This document shows, piece by piece, positions 49,155-59,092 of a DNA stretch of 64,000 nucleotides. This stretch comes from Planctomycetota bacterium (GTDB lineage Bacteria > Planctomycetota > PLA2 > JAEUHO01). The stretch is from contig CAXQZU010000030.1 in NCBI GenBank assembly GCA_964228555.1, positions 61,649-125,648 on the forward strand, in the 5' to 3' direction. Position 1 is the stretch's first letter, and every line of letters starts with the position of its first letter. Position numbers and translations under genes: made by a program. The notes under the pieces were generated by a model that was not told the origin of the DNA, ran no database searches, and worked only from the letters and a program-made list of their open reading frames with translations.

Positions 49155-51707
49155 ATGCTCCGGCCTTTCCCGCGCGAGCCTCCCGTGAGCAAGCCCTACG
49201 ACCCCCACGCCTGCGAGCGCCACTGGCAGGAGGCGTGGGCCCGCGAGGGGGCGTTCCGCACGCGCGACGACGCGCAGCGGCCCAAGAAGTACGTGCTGGA
49301 CATGTTCCCCTACCCCTCCGGCGAGGGGCTGCACATGGGCCATGCCTCCGTCTACACGATCAGCGATGCGATCGCCCGCGTGGCCCGCGCGCAGGGCTTC
49401 GACGTGCTGCACCCCACGGGCTGGGACGCCTTCGGCCTGCCCGCCGAGCAGTTCGCCATCGAGCACCAGGTCCACCCCCGGGAGGCCGTGCAGCGCAACG
49501 TGGCCACCTTCAAGCGCCAGATGCAGCGCATGGGCTGGTCCATCGACTGGGATCGCGAGATCGACACCACCGAGCCGGCCTACTACCGCTGGACCCAGTG
49601 GATCTTCCTGCGCCTGTTCGAGAAGGGCCTTGCCTACGAGGCCGAGGTGCCCGTGAACTGGTGCGAGGCGCTGGGCACCGTGCTGGCCAACGAGGAGGTC
49701 ATCGACGGCCGCAGCGAGCGCGGCGGCCACCCGGTGGTGCGCCGCCCGATGAAGCAGTGGATGCTGCGCATCACGGCGTACGCCGAGCGCCTCATCGCCG
49801 ACCTCGACGGGCTGGACTGGCCCGAGCGCATCAAGGAGATGCAACGCGAGTGGATCGGCCGCTCCGAGGGGGCCGAGGTGCGCTTCGAGGTGCCCGGCCA
49901 GGGCGCGTTCACGGTCTTCACCACGCGCCCCGACACGCTGTTCGGCGCCACCTTCTGCGTGCTGGCGCCCGAGCACCCACTGGTCGAGCGCATCGCCACG
50001 CCTGCCCAGCAGGCCGAGGTGCGCGCCTACGTCGAGCGCGCGGCCAAGCGCTCGGACCGCGACCGCACGGCGGACGTGAAGGCGAAGACCGGCGTGGCCA
50101 CCGGGGCCCATGCCCGCAACCCTGCCACGGGCGAGCCCATCCCGGTGTGGGTGGCCGACTACGTGCTGCCCACGTACGGCACCGGCGCCGTGATGGCCGT
50201 CCCGGCCCACGACCAGCGCGACTGGGACTTCGCCCGCGCGATGGGCCTGCCCGTGCGCGAGGTGATCTCCGGCGGCGCGGTGGGCGAGGCGGCGCACGAG
50301 GGCGAGGGCCGGCTGGTGAACAGCGGCTTCCTCGACGGCATGGAGGTGGGCGCGGCCAAGCGCGCGATGGTCGACTGGCTGGCGCGCGAGGGGCACGGAA
50401 AGGCCCGCGTGCAGTACAAGCTGCGCGACTGGCTCTTCGCCCGCCAGCGCTACTGGGGCGAGCCCTTCCCGCTGGTCCACGGCCGGGACGGCAAGGTCGT
50501 GCCGGTGCCCGAGCGCGACCTGCCCGTGACACTGCCCGAGGTGGCCTCCTACAAGCCCACCGGGACGGGCGAGAGCCCGCTGGCCGGGGTGCCCGGCTGG
50601 GTGGCCACCACCGACCCGCGCGATGGCAGCCCGGCCCGACGCGAGACCAACACCATGCCGCAGTGGGCCGGCTCGTGCTGGTACTACCTGCGCTTCATCG
50701 ACCCGCGCAACCCCTCGGCCTTCTGCGACCCGGCCAAGGAACGGCGCTGGATGCCGGTGGACGTGTACATCGGCGGGGCCGAGCACGCCGTGCTGCACCT
50801 GCTCTACGCGCGCTTCTGGCACAAGGTGCTCTACGACCTGGGCCTCGTCAGCACGAAGGAGCCCTTCCAGCGCCTCGTCAACCAGGGCATGGTCCTGGCG
50901 CCCTCCTACCGGGCCGGCGCCGAGGGCCCCTACCTGCGCCCCGACGAGGTGGAACCGCGTGGCGAGCAAGCCATCGTGAAGGCCACGGGCCAGCCGGCCA
51001 CGGTCGTGGTCGAGAAGATGAGCAAGTCGAAGAAGAACGTGGTGAACCCGGACACCGTGGTCAAGGACTACGGGGCCGACGTCTGCCGCCTCTACCTGCT
51101 CTTCATGGGGCCCACGGAGAGCAACAAGGTCTGGGACCACGCGGGCATCGAGGGCCTGCGCCGCTTCCACGCCCGGGCGTGGCGCCTGTTCCTGGGGACG
51201 GACCGCCAGCCCGCCGCCCCGCGCACCGAGGCAGCGGCCACGGGCGAGGCGCGGCGCGTGCTGCACGCCACCATTGCCGGGGTGACCCGCGACGTGGAGG
51301 CGCTGGCCTACAACACCGCCATCAGCAAGCTGATGGTGATGCTCAACACCATGCAGGACCTCCCCGCGGTGCCGGTGGAGATGCTCGACGCCTTCGCGCG
51401 CCTGCTGCAGCCCTTCGCCCCGCACGCGGCCGAGGAGTTCTGGGCCACGCTGGGGCGCGAGGGACTGGTCAGCCACGCCGCCTGGCCGGTGCACGACCCC
51501 GCCGCCCTCGTGGCCGCGCAGGTGGAGCTGGGCGTCCAGGTCGACGGCAAGGTGCGCGGTCGCATCACGGTGGACGCCTCGCTGTCCGATGCCGAGGTGC
51601 TGGCGGTGGCGCTGGCCCTGCCCGAGGTAGCCAAGGTGCTGGAGGGGCGCTCGCTGGCCAGCACGCGCGTGGTGAAGGGCCGGCTGGTGGTGCTGGCCAC
51701 GCGCTAG
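49155..51707 (+). CDS. leuS: Leucyl-tRNA synthetase
   Basis: HIGH-type motif PYPSGEGLHMGH, the CP1 editing domain, and the KMSKS motif as VVEKMSKSKKN. The start is ambiguous: ATG at 49155 or GTG at 49185 (VSKPYDPH, which aligns best with the E. coli N-terminus). Confidence 0.95.
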   Translation: MLRPFPREPPVSKPYDPHACERHWQEAWAREGAFRTRDDAQRPKKYVLDMFPYPSGEGLHMGHASVYTISDAIARVARAQGFDVLHPTGWDAFGLPAEQFAIEHQVHPREAVQRNVATFKRQMQRMGWSIDWDREIDTTEPAYYRWTQWIFLRLFEKGLAYEAEVPVNWCEALGTVLANEEVIDGRSERGGHPVVRRPMKQWMLRITAYAERLIADLDGLDWPERIKEMQREWIGRSEGAEVRFEVPGQGAFTVFTTRPDTLFGATFCVLAPEHPLVERIATPAQQAEVRAYVERAAKRSDRDRTADVKAKTGVATGAHARNPATGEPIPVWVADYVLPTYGTGAVMAVPAHDQRDWDFARAMGLPVREVISGGAVGEAAHEGEGRLVNSGFLDGMEVGAAKRAMVDWLAREGHGKARVQYKLRDWLFARQRYWGEPFPLVHGRDGKVVPVPERDLPVTLPEVASYKPTGTGESPLAGVPGWVATTDPRDGSPARRETNTMPQWAGSCWYYLRFIDPRNPSAFCDPAKERRWMPVDVYIGGAEHAVLHLLYARFWHKVLYDLGLVSTKEPFQRLVNQGMVLAPSYRAGAEGPYLRPDEVEPRGEQAIVKATGQPATVVVEKMSKSKKNVVNPDTVVKDYGADVCRLYLLFMGPTESNKVWDHAGIEGLRRFHARAWRLFLGTDRQPAAPRTEAAATGEARRVLHATIAGVTRDVEALAYNTAISKLMVMLNTMQDLPAVPVEMLDAFARLLQPFAPHAAEEFWATLGREGLVSHAAWPVHDPAALVAAQVELGVQVDGKVRGRITVDASLSDAEVLAVALALPEVAKVLEGRSLASTRVVKGRLVVLATR

Positions 51708-51735
51708 GACGGCCGCGCGCTCGCGCCAGCGCCTC

Positions 51736-51769
51736 GGGGGCCGTGCCCAGGAGAGCCGCCACGGCCCCC
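51736..51769. terminator. 9-bp GC stem (gggggccgt ... acggccccc) between convergent leuS and the BNR/WD40 gene
   Basis: Read from the sequence. The loop is 16 nt and there is no U-tract. Confidence 0.3.
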
Positions 51770-51848
51770 GCCCGGGCACGGGGCTGCGAACCGGCGAGGG
51801 GCACGCGGGGCACGCTCGCAGGACAGCCCCACGAGCGGGAGCGCCGCC

Positions 51849-54800
51849 CTAGCGGGAAAGCCCCACGGCCGTGACGGGCTCGTCGTGGGCGGACTCGCGC
51901 GTCCAGGCCACGGCACCATCGGAGGTGCGCAGCAGGGCCAGCGAGGCTCCCTCGTCGCCACTGAGCAGCCACGCGCCGTCCTCGGACAGCGCCAGGGCGG
52001 TCACCGCCTTGCGCGGCCCCGCCCAGCTTCCGGGCAGCAGGGCCATGGCCGCGAGATCGATGACCTGCACGGCGTCCTCGCCCCCCGCGTAGGCACGCTT
52101 GGCCTGCGGATGGACGACCACGGCCATGCTCATCGGGTGGGGCAGCGGCACGGCCATCTTCTCCTTCCCGTCGGAGAGGCTGAACGCGCGCAGCATGGGC
52201 TCGCCGCCCGCCACCAGCAGGGCCCCGCCGTCGTCCCACACGGCCAGGGCGAAGGGATCGGCGGCCACCTGCACCTTCCAGCCGCTGGGCTTGCGGTCGG
52301 CAGCCCCCCACGCCAGCAGCGTGCGATCGAGGCTGGCGGTGTAGATCGTGCCGTCGGCCGCCTCGGCGATCGCCGTGATGCGCTTGGCATGGCCTGCCAC
52401 GGCCTCGGCGTTCTTCGTCGCCACCTCGATCACGCACAGCTTGCCCGACTCCGTGCCCACGAGCAGGAACTTGCCATCGCGCGTGAAGCGCATGGCCGTG
52501 AACTCCTCGGGCAGCTTGACCTCGTTGCCTGCGACGAACTTGAGGTCATTGGCCGTCCAGAAGCGCACGCTCTGGTCACGGCTGGCCGTGGCCACCAGCG
52601 TCTTGTCGGGCGACAGGGCCACGCCGGTCACGGCCGCGCCGTGCCCGCGCATGGCCATCTTGCTGCCGGCCTTCATGTTCCAGCCGGCCGCCACGAAGTC
52701 GCTCGAGGCCGAGAACGCGAGCATGCCCTCCGGCACCTCGGGCTTGGCGGGCGCAGGAGCGACGGGTGCCGGGCCCGGCCCGGGGACAGGGGCGGAGGGA
52801 GCCGCGGCCTCGCCCTTGCCGAAGGCGACCACGCCACCCGCCTCGCCCACGTTGCCCGCCAGCCAGCGCCCCGGGGCGCTGGGATCGGCGACCAGCCCGC
52901 TCACCTGCGCACGCGTGTCCGGCAGGCGGGTCAGGAGGGCCTTGGGATCGCTCACGGCGCCGCTGGCAACGCCCTTGAGTGCACTGCCCTGCACCGTCAT
53001 GAAGGCGCGCTTGCCGGCTTCACCCTGCACCTGCACGGCCAGCACGGAGTCCGCGCCGCGGCGGGCCACCGCGAACCCGTTCCATGACGGGGTCTTGAAC
53101 TCCGCCTTCTCGCCCCCCACGCCCAGGGCGACCCACGCCTGCGCGAGCGGCTGGGCGCCCTCGCCCGCCACCGGCGAGCGCACGAAGGCGTCATAGCCCT
53201 GGATGGCCACGTACAGGCAGCCCGACAGGGGATCCACCAGCACCGTGCGCACGCGAGGCGGCAAGTCCTTCCTCTCGCCCGGCAGCCCGGTGCCCACGCT
53301 GGCCCAGGTCTTGCCGCCGTCGAGGGAAGCCACCACGCCACCCGCCTTCGGATCGCGCAGTTCCTTCTTGGAGCCCGAGTAACGCCAGGGTGCGGGTGTC
53401 GTGCCTACCACCACCACGTCGGGCGAACGGGGATCGAGCGCGAGGCTGGAGGCCCACAGGCCGTCTTCCTCGGTCGCGCGTCCCCGCAACTCCCACGTCT
53501 GGCCCTTGTCCGACGACACGCGCACTTCCGCGCTGCGCTCGAGCACACACCAAAGGCGCCCGTCGGCACCCACCTGCATGTCCACCACGCCATCGACGCC
53601 ACTGGCGGGCGTGAAGACGGGCTGCCATGTGGTGCCGTTGTCGGACGAGCGCAGCAGGCGACGGCCGGTGGCATACACCGATCCATCCGCGTCCTGCCGC
53701 ATGCCCAGCACCGCCTGGGACAGCCGACCCGCCTGCGCCCACTTGGTGCCCCGGTCGGTGCTCACGTAGGCCACACCCTCGTCACTGCACGCGATGAGGG
53801 CGCCGTCCTTCACGTTCACGCCCACGGCCACGATGGCCGCCTTGGCTTGCGGCAGGTTCGCGGGCACGGACTCCCATGTCTTGCCCGCATCCTTGGAGAC
53901 CCAGAGCCCGTTGACCCGGGAGAGGCCGTAGACCAGCTTGGGTTGCTTGAGGATGAAGCCGAGCTCCACGAACTCCTCGGTGGGCTGGGAGACGTCGTCC
54001 CAGCGCTTGCCCGAGCCATCGGCGCTGGCCACGATGCCCCGGCCCCGCACGATGCCGTAGAGGGGCTTGCCCGAGGGATGCCAGCCCACCCACGTGGCGT
54101 CGCCCTCCACGTTGGGGGTCTTGGGCCAGGACTCACCCTCCTTGGCACCGACATAGATGCCACGGGCGTCCGCCACGACCAGGTCGACGTCCTTGCCGGT
54201 CGCGGACCGCTGCGCCAGCCAGCGGATGTCGGGCAGCCCCTCGCCGACCTGCCGGTACTCGAACGACATCGGGCCCTTCTCGGCCGTCCAGACGCCTCGC
54301 CGGCCGGCGGTCACGATGAAGCCGCCCTTCGAGGTCTTGAGGACCACAGGCCAAGCCTCGTTGCCCAGGCCCGAGCCCGCGACGTTGCTGCCCGCGACCT
54401 GGTTCCACTTGGCACCGGAGTCGTTGGACTCGAACAGGCCGCCCTGCCAATCCCCCTCGGAGCGCGTGCCCGCGAGGATGCGGCTGGACTTCTCGGGGTC
54501 CACGCTGACCTCGAAGACAAGGTCGGCGTTCTGCTGGCCGCGCAGGCTGTAGGAGGTCAGGCCGCTGCTGACGGCGGTCCAGTTGCACGCGCCCAGGAGG
54601 TCGTCCGTGCGGTAGACCCGCCCCATCGTGACGAGGTAGGCGACCTTGTCCGCCTTGGCCAGGTCCACGGTGAGGCGCGCGGGGTTTCGCACGCCAGGCG
54701 GCGGGCGCACGCCCTTCATCATGCGTTCCAGATTGCCGCCCGTCTCGTCTCCCCGCATCAGCCCCGAGCCGTAGGCGTTGACGAACATGTGCTTGCCCTG

Positions 54801-54932
54801 GATGCGCATGCCATCCACGGCCCGGATCACGAAGCCGTCGTTGAGGTCTTCCCACTTCGCCTCGTCCTCGGCGTGGCTGGGCGAGGGCGTGGCGAGGCAC
54901 ACGCACGCCGCCGCGAGCAGCAGCCATGCCAT
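51849..54932 (-). CDS. Large secreted protein: BNR/Asp-box beta-propeller + Ala/Pro linker + C-terminal WD40 propeller
   Basis: Signal peptide MAWLLLAAACVCLATPSPSHA. At least six Asp-box (S-x-D-x-G-x-T-W) repeats, e.g. SNDSGAKW and SKDAGKTWESV. WD40 repeats in the C-terminus with GH...WD-type signatures (HGAAVTGVALSPDKTLVATASRDQSVRFW). Confidence 0.8.
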   Translation of the reverse strand: MAWLLLAAACVCLATPSPSHAEDEAKWEDLNDGFVIRAVDGMRIQGKHMFVNAYGSGLMRGDETGGNLERMMKGVRPPPGVRNPARLTVDLAKADKVAYLVTMGRVYRTDDLLGACNWTAVSSGLTSYSLRGQQNADLVFEVSVDPEKSSRILAGTRSEGDWQGGLFESNDSGAKWNQVAGSNVAGSGLGNEAWPVVLKTSKGGFIVTAGRRGVWTAEKGPMSFEYRQVGEGLPDIRWLAQRSATGKDVDLVVADARGIYVGAKEGESWPKTPNVEGDATWVGWHPSGKPLYGIVRGRGIVASADGSGKRWDDVSQPTEEFVELGFILKQPKLVYGLSRVNGLWVSKDAGKTWESVPANLPQAKAAIVAVGVNVKDGALIACSDEGVAYVSTDRGTKWAQAGRLSQAVLGMRQDADGSVYATGRRLLRSSDNGTTWQPVFTPASGVDGVVDMQVGADGRLWCVLERSAEVRVSSDKGQTWELRGRATEEDGLWASSLALDPRSPDVVVVGTTPAPWRYSGSKKELRDPKAGGVVASLDGGKTWASVGTGLPGERKDLPPRVRTVLVDPLSGCLYVAIQGYDAFVRSPVAGEGAQPLAQAWVALGVGGEKAEFKTPSWNGFAVARRGADSVLAVQVQGEAGKRAFMTVQGSALKGVASGAVSDPKALLTRLPDTRAQVSGLVADPSAPGRWLAGNVGEAGGVVAFGKGEAAAPSAPVPGPGPAPVAPAPAKPEVPEGMLAFSASSDFVAAGWNMKAGSKMAMRGHGAAVTGVALSPDKTLVATASRDQSVRFWTANDLKFVAGNEVKLPEEFTAMRFTRDGKFLLVGTESGKLCVIEVATKNAEAVAGHAKRITAIAEAADGTIYTASLDRTLLAWGAADRKPSGWKVQVAADPFALAVWDDGGALLVAGGEPMLRAFSLSDGKEKMAVPLPHPMSMAVVVHPQAKRAYAGGEDAVQVIDLAAMALLPGSWAGPRKAVTALALSEDGAWLLSGDEGASLALLRTSDGAVAWTRESAHDEPVTAVGLSR

Positions 54933-55023
54933 GGCGGCGCGCAGGCGCGAGGAGCGAGCGCCGTGCTGTCGCGGATCGCGCGCCGTCATCCGAGGCTCCG
55001 GGGCCATGCCCACGGCAGGCGGA

Positions 55024-55037
55024 CGCCCTGCAGGGCG
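55024..55037. promoter_or_regulatory. Perfect 14-bp palindrome CGCCCTGCAGGGCG about 95 nt upstream of the BNR/WD40 gene start
   Basis: Read from the sequence. It sits in the 240-nt intergenic region between the WYL regulator stop and the BNR/WD40 gene start, and is a candidate operator. Confidence 0.3.
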
Positions 55038-55172
55038 CCCAGCCCCCTGCCCGGGCTGGAACGCTGCCGAGCATACCAAGAGGCCGAGCGCGCAGCCAGC
55101 CGGAAACGCAGATGCAAGGCCTTGGGGCGGAAGGGCTTACAGCTCCGACCCCAGTCTCCCGGGGGCGTGGCA

Positions 55173-56282
55173 TCAAGCGCGGGGCTTGCGACGCACCCGA
55201 CCGCCCCCCCCACTGGGCCTGGGCGAGGCGGCCGCCGTGCTGCGGGCGCCACGCGCCGGGGCCACGCTCACCTCCGGCGGCACTGGCAACGCGCGTACCA
55301 ACACGCCATCGAGGAAGCGGGCCATCCCGGCACGGACGTCGGGCGGCGAGAGCACCTCGGCGTCGGCTCCGTAGCGCGCCACGTGGGTGTAGAGCCAGCG
55401 CGGCCGGTCACGCTGGATGCGGTAGCGCCGCACGATGGCGCCCTGCGGCAGCTCGCGGATGTCGCGACGGTCCGACTCCTCGCGCACGCGCCCGGCCACC
55501 GAGGCGCTGAAGCGCACCTCCACCACGACGTCGTCACGCCCGCCCGTCCACATCGCGTCCCGCCGGAAGGCCTCGGTGGTGAAGTCGTCCGGCACCTCGA
55601 ACTCGGCCTCGGGCACCACCTCGACCGCGCGCATGCGGTCCACGCGGAAGGGCACCGCGGGTGCACCCTCGCCTGCCGACATGTCGCGCGCGATCACGTA
55701 CCAGGACCCGAGGTGGTCGATCAGCCCGTAGGGCGCCAGCAGGCGCTGGCCCACCGCGTCACGGCTGGCGGTGTAGTACTCGGCGCGCACGGCGCAGTTG
55801 CGGCGCATGCCCTCCTTGAGGCTCTGGATCGTCTGCGAGACCAGCTCGCTGGGCGGCGTGCCCCCCACCGAGCGGTCGAAGGCCTCCAGGGCCTCGCGCT
55901 CGCGGCCGCCCAGCAGGTCGCGCAGCTTGCGCCGCAAGCGCGAGGCCGCATCGCCGAACACGGGCACGCGCCCGCCCGAGATGCTGCGCAGCGCGAGGTC
56001 GATGGCCAGCGCCTCCTGCAGCGTGAGGTGCACCGGGCGCGAGAGGTGCTCCGCGAACCGGATGCTCACCTGGTCGCCATGGATGGTGAACACGAGGTAG
56101 TTGTGCGGCAGGTAGGGCGGCACGCCGCACAGGGACAGCACCTCGGTGATGTCCTCCCAGATCTCCTGCTCGCGCACGCCGAAGATGCTGGCCAGCTCCG
56201 GGATGCGGATGCGCGGACGCGCCCGGATGAGCGGGATCATGGCCAGGCAGCGGCGGATGCGGTCGCGCGCGACGGTCGACAT
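55173..56282 (-). CDS. HTH + WYL-domain transcriptional regulator
   Basis: An N-terminal wHTH (IPELASIFGVREQEIWEDI), and a WYL-domain signature LAPYGLIDHLGSWYVIARD. It lies 46 nt downstream of the M16 pair on the same strand. Confidence 0.75.
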   Translation of the reverse strand: MSTVARDRIRRCLAMIPLIRARPRIRIPELASIFGVREQEIWEDITEVLSLCGVPPYLPHNYLVFTIHGDQVSIRFAEHLSRPVHLTLQEALAIDLALRSISGGRVPVFGDAASRLRRKLRDLLGGREREALEAFDRSVGGTPPSELVSQTIQSLKEGMRRNCAVRAEYYTASRDAVGQRLLAPYGLIDHLGSWYVIARDMSAGEGAPAVPFRVDRMRAVEVVPEAEFEVPDDFTTEAFRRDAMWTGGRDDVVVEVRFSASVAGRVREESDRRDIRELPQGAIVRRYRIQRDRPRWLYTHVARYGADAEVLSPPDVRAGMARFLDGVLVRALPVPPEVSVAPARGARSTAAASPRPSGGGGRVRRKPRA

Positions 56283-56327
56283 GGGCGGGATCCTACCGAG
56301 GCGGCGAGCGGTGGCAACGCAGGGCGC

Positions 56328-57620
56328 TCAGCGCGGCATGAGGGTGACCCAGGCCGAGGGCGAGCGCAACAGCGCATCCCTCCGGCGCGTCACCTCCCCG
56401 GGCGTGAGGGCCAGCAAGGCCTTGACATCCGATCCCAGGGGCGCCCGTTCCAGCGCCACGTCGAGCAGCCAGTGCGACGCGCCCTCGGGGCTGTTGAAGG
56501 TGCCCAGGTGGCGGCCCAGCAGCTTGCGCCGGGCCCGCTCCACCTCCACGCGCGTGAAGGGCGAGCGCGAGGCCGCACGCAGCGCGGCCTCCAGGCGGCG
56601 CCGGTAGGCGGGCACGGCATCCACCTCGGCAGAGACCAGCCCGAAGGCATAGCCGTCGCCCGACTCGTAGGCCGCGCCGAAGGAGTCGTCCACCACCCCC
56701 TCGTCGTAGAGGGGCCCCTGCACGCGCCCGCCCTCGCCGAACAGCAGGTCCAGCACGACGCCCGTGGCCACGGCGCGCCGCACGCGGGCTGCGCCGGCCG
56801 GCGGCGGCGCGTCCTTCCAGCCCAGCAGGCTGCGCGGGCGCTGGATGCTCAGGCGCACGCTGGACCGGGGCCGGGCCACGGCGCGCGGCTCGGCACACGC
56901 CCTGCGCGCCAGCGCGCGGCCGGGGCGCGGCGCCCGCAGGCGCTCCCCGGCGCGGGCCAGCACGTAGGCGGGGTCCACGTCGCCGGCGACCACCACCGTG
57001 AGGTTGGCCGGGTGGTAGTAGGCGGCGTGCGTGCGCTCCAGCAGGGCGGGATCGATGGGCGCGATGGTCTGGGCCGTGCCGGCGATGTCCAGCCGCACGG
57101 GGTGCTTGCGGTACAGCGCCTCGAGCATGCCGAAGTAGCCGCGCCAGCCCGGATCGTCGACGTACATCGCGATCTCCTGGCCGATGATGCCCTTCTCCCG
57201 CTCCACCGCAGGACGGTCCGTGGTGATGCTGGCCATCGTGTCGTAGAGCGTGTCGAGGTTCTCGGCGAAGCGGCTGCTGCAGGAGAAGAGGTAGGTGGTG
57301 TGGTCGAACGTGGTGTAGGCATTGGCGCTGGCACCGCGGGCCGCGTACAGGTCGAAGACGTCGCCCTCGCGCGTCTGGAACATCTTGTGCTCGAGGAAGT
57401 GCGCGATGCCCACGGGCAGCGCCGTGCCGTCGGGCAGGTGCGTGTCGATGCTGCCGTAGCGCGTCGTGACGCTGGCGTAGGCCTTGGTGAAGCCCGGCAT
57501 GGGCAGCACCCATACGTCGCTGCCCTGCGCCGCCTGGCCACGCCACACGGTGCGGCCGGTGAGCGGCTCGCGCAGCGCACGCAGGCCCGAGGGTCGTGAC
57601 CGTCGCGCGACGGCGCTCAT
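56328..57620 (-). CDS. M16-family zinc peptidase (active subunit, HxxEH)
   Basis: HFLEHKMF inverzincin motif with a downstream glutamate. About 430 aa. The ATG overlaps the stop of the upstream M16 gene (ATGA). Confidence 0.85.
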   Translation of the reverse strand: MSAVARRSRPSGLRALREPLTGRTVWRGQAAQGSDVWVLPMPGFTKAYASVTTRYGSIDTHLPDGTALPVGIAHFLEHKMFQTREGDVFDLYAARGASANAYTTFDHTTYLFSCSSRFAENLDTLYDTMASITTDRPAVEREKGIIGQEIAMYVDDPGWRGYFGMLEALYRKHPVRLDIAGTAQTIAPIDPALLERTHAAYYHPANLTVVVAGDVDPAYVLARAGERLRAPRPGRALARRACAEPRAVARPRSSVRLSIQRPRSLLGWKDAPPPAGAARVRRAVATGVVLDLLFGEGGRVQGPLYDEGVVDDSFGAAYESGDGYAFGLVSAEVDAVPAYRRRLEAALRAASRSPFTRVEVERARRKLLGRHLGTFNSPEGASHWLLDVALERAPLGSDVKALLALTPGEVTRRRDALLRSPSAWVTLMPR

Positions 57621-58969
57621 CGTCCACCTCCCTTGCGGGCCCGGGAGGCGGCCCCGCCCCCGAGGAAGAACACGGTGTCGAGACGCAGCCTGCGGCCCAC
57701 GGCGCGCACCTCGGCGGGGCGCACGGCCATGAGCCGTGCGAGCCAGCGCTGCGGCGAGCGCTCGCGGCCCAGCGCCAGCGACTCGTGGTCGAAGCCGATG
57801 CGCGCGCCGCGGTTGTCGGCCAGCGAGGCCACGCGGTGGGCCGCAGCCTGCCGCAGGCCCTGCAACGCCTCGGGCTCCAGCACCCCGCGCCCCACCTCGG
57901 CCGCCAGGCCCTGCACCAGCCGCGTGACACGCCCCTCGTGCCGGGGGTCGATGCCCACCTGCACCACCAGCAGGCCCTTGGCCTCGTTCCAGCCGGCGTT
58001 GGCGTAGTAGCACAGGCCGTGCGTCTCGCGCACCACCTTGAACAGTCGCGCGAAAGGCCCGCCGCCCAGCACGCCCGCCAGCGTGTGCGCCGCCGGCGCG
58101 AGCGGGTCGCTCGCACCCACGGGGGCCCGGAACACCAGCACCAGCTTGCCCTGCGCCACGCTGTCGGGCTCGGCCACGCGCTGGCGGCGCACACGGCCGG
58201 CACACGTCCCCACCGGCGAGGGCAGCGCGGCCGGGCGGGGCGAGCGCCCCTGCCACAGCAAGTGGCGCTGCACGGCGCGCTGGGCCTCGTCGGCCCCGAC
58301 GTCGCCCACCACGTAGATCTCCGCGGGCGCGTCGGCCAGCAACTCGGCATGGAGGCGCGAGAGGCTGCCGGGCGTCACGGCGGCTAGGTCCTCGAGGCGG
58401 CCCTCGGCTCCCTGCGCGTAGGGCTCGCCGGCGCACGCCAGTTGCAGGGCGCGGCGCAGGGCGTAGCGCCCCTTGTCGTCGCGCAGGGCACGCAGGGCGC
58501 GCTCATGGTTGGTGCACTCGGTGCGCACGATGCCGCTGTCCAGCGCCCCATCGCTGCCCCGGCGCGGACGGGCCAGCACCTCGCCCAGCACGGCCAGGCC
58601 CTGCCCCAGCAGCCCCCGGGCGCCAGGCACGCCCCCGATGGGCCACTCCATGCCGGCACTGAGCACGAGCCGGTCGCCCAGCGTGGCACTGCCCACGGAG
58701 AGCGAGGCGCCGTAGAGGTCGGCAAGCCGCTCGCTGAGGGCGCGGCGCGTGGGGTAGCCCTGCGTGGCGGCGCGCATCACCGCGGCGAGCACGGCCGTCG
58801 CCGTGGTCTGCGCGTCCAGCGGGCGGTGCAGGAACACCCGGCAGGCCGCCGTGGTGAAGCGATCGGTGGTGAGCACGTGCAGGCGCAGCCCGCGCCCCAG
58901 CACGCGGGTCTGGATGCGCCCTCCACCCGACGGGGATCGACGCCGGGAGCGGGCTTGCCTGCGAGCCAT
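57617..58969 (-). CDS. M16-family peptidase-like protein lacking the HxxEH motif (probable non-catalytic partner subunit)
   Basis: M16 fold features are present, e.g. LRLHVLTTDRFTTAACRVFL at the N-terminus and the C-terminal M16_C-like region, with no HxxEH. It is paired with the active M16 gene downstream. Confidence 0.7.
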   Translation of the reverse strand: MARRQARSRRRSPSGGGRIQTRVLGRGLRLHVLTTDRFTTAACRVFLHRPLDAQTTATAVLAAVMRAATQGYPTRRALSERLADLYGASLSVGSATLGDRLVLSAGMEWPIGGVPGARGLLGQGLAVLGEVLARPRRGSDGALDSGIVRTECTNHERALRALRDDKGRYALRRALQLACAGEPYAQGAEGRLEDLAAVTPGSLSRLHAELLADAPAEIYVVGDVGADEAQRAVQRHLLWQGRSPRPAALPSPVGTCAGRVRRQRVAEPDSVAQGKLVLVFRAPVGASDPLAPAAHTLAGVLGGGPFARLFKVVRETHGLCYYANAGWNEAKGLLVVQVGIDPRHEGRVTRLVQGLAAEVGRGVLEPEALQGLRQAAAHRVASLADNRGARIGFDHESLALGRERSPQRWLARLMAVRPAEVRAVGRRLRLDTVFFLGGGAASRARKGGGR

Positions 58970-59092
58970 CCGGGGTATCCTCCGGCCTCCGAAGGGTAGG
59001 CTGCCTACCCGGGGCGGCGCAGCATCGCACCCCGGGGGCAGTCCACCAAGACCCGCCCCGCGGCACGCTCGCCGCTCCTGGAGATCCCGACG

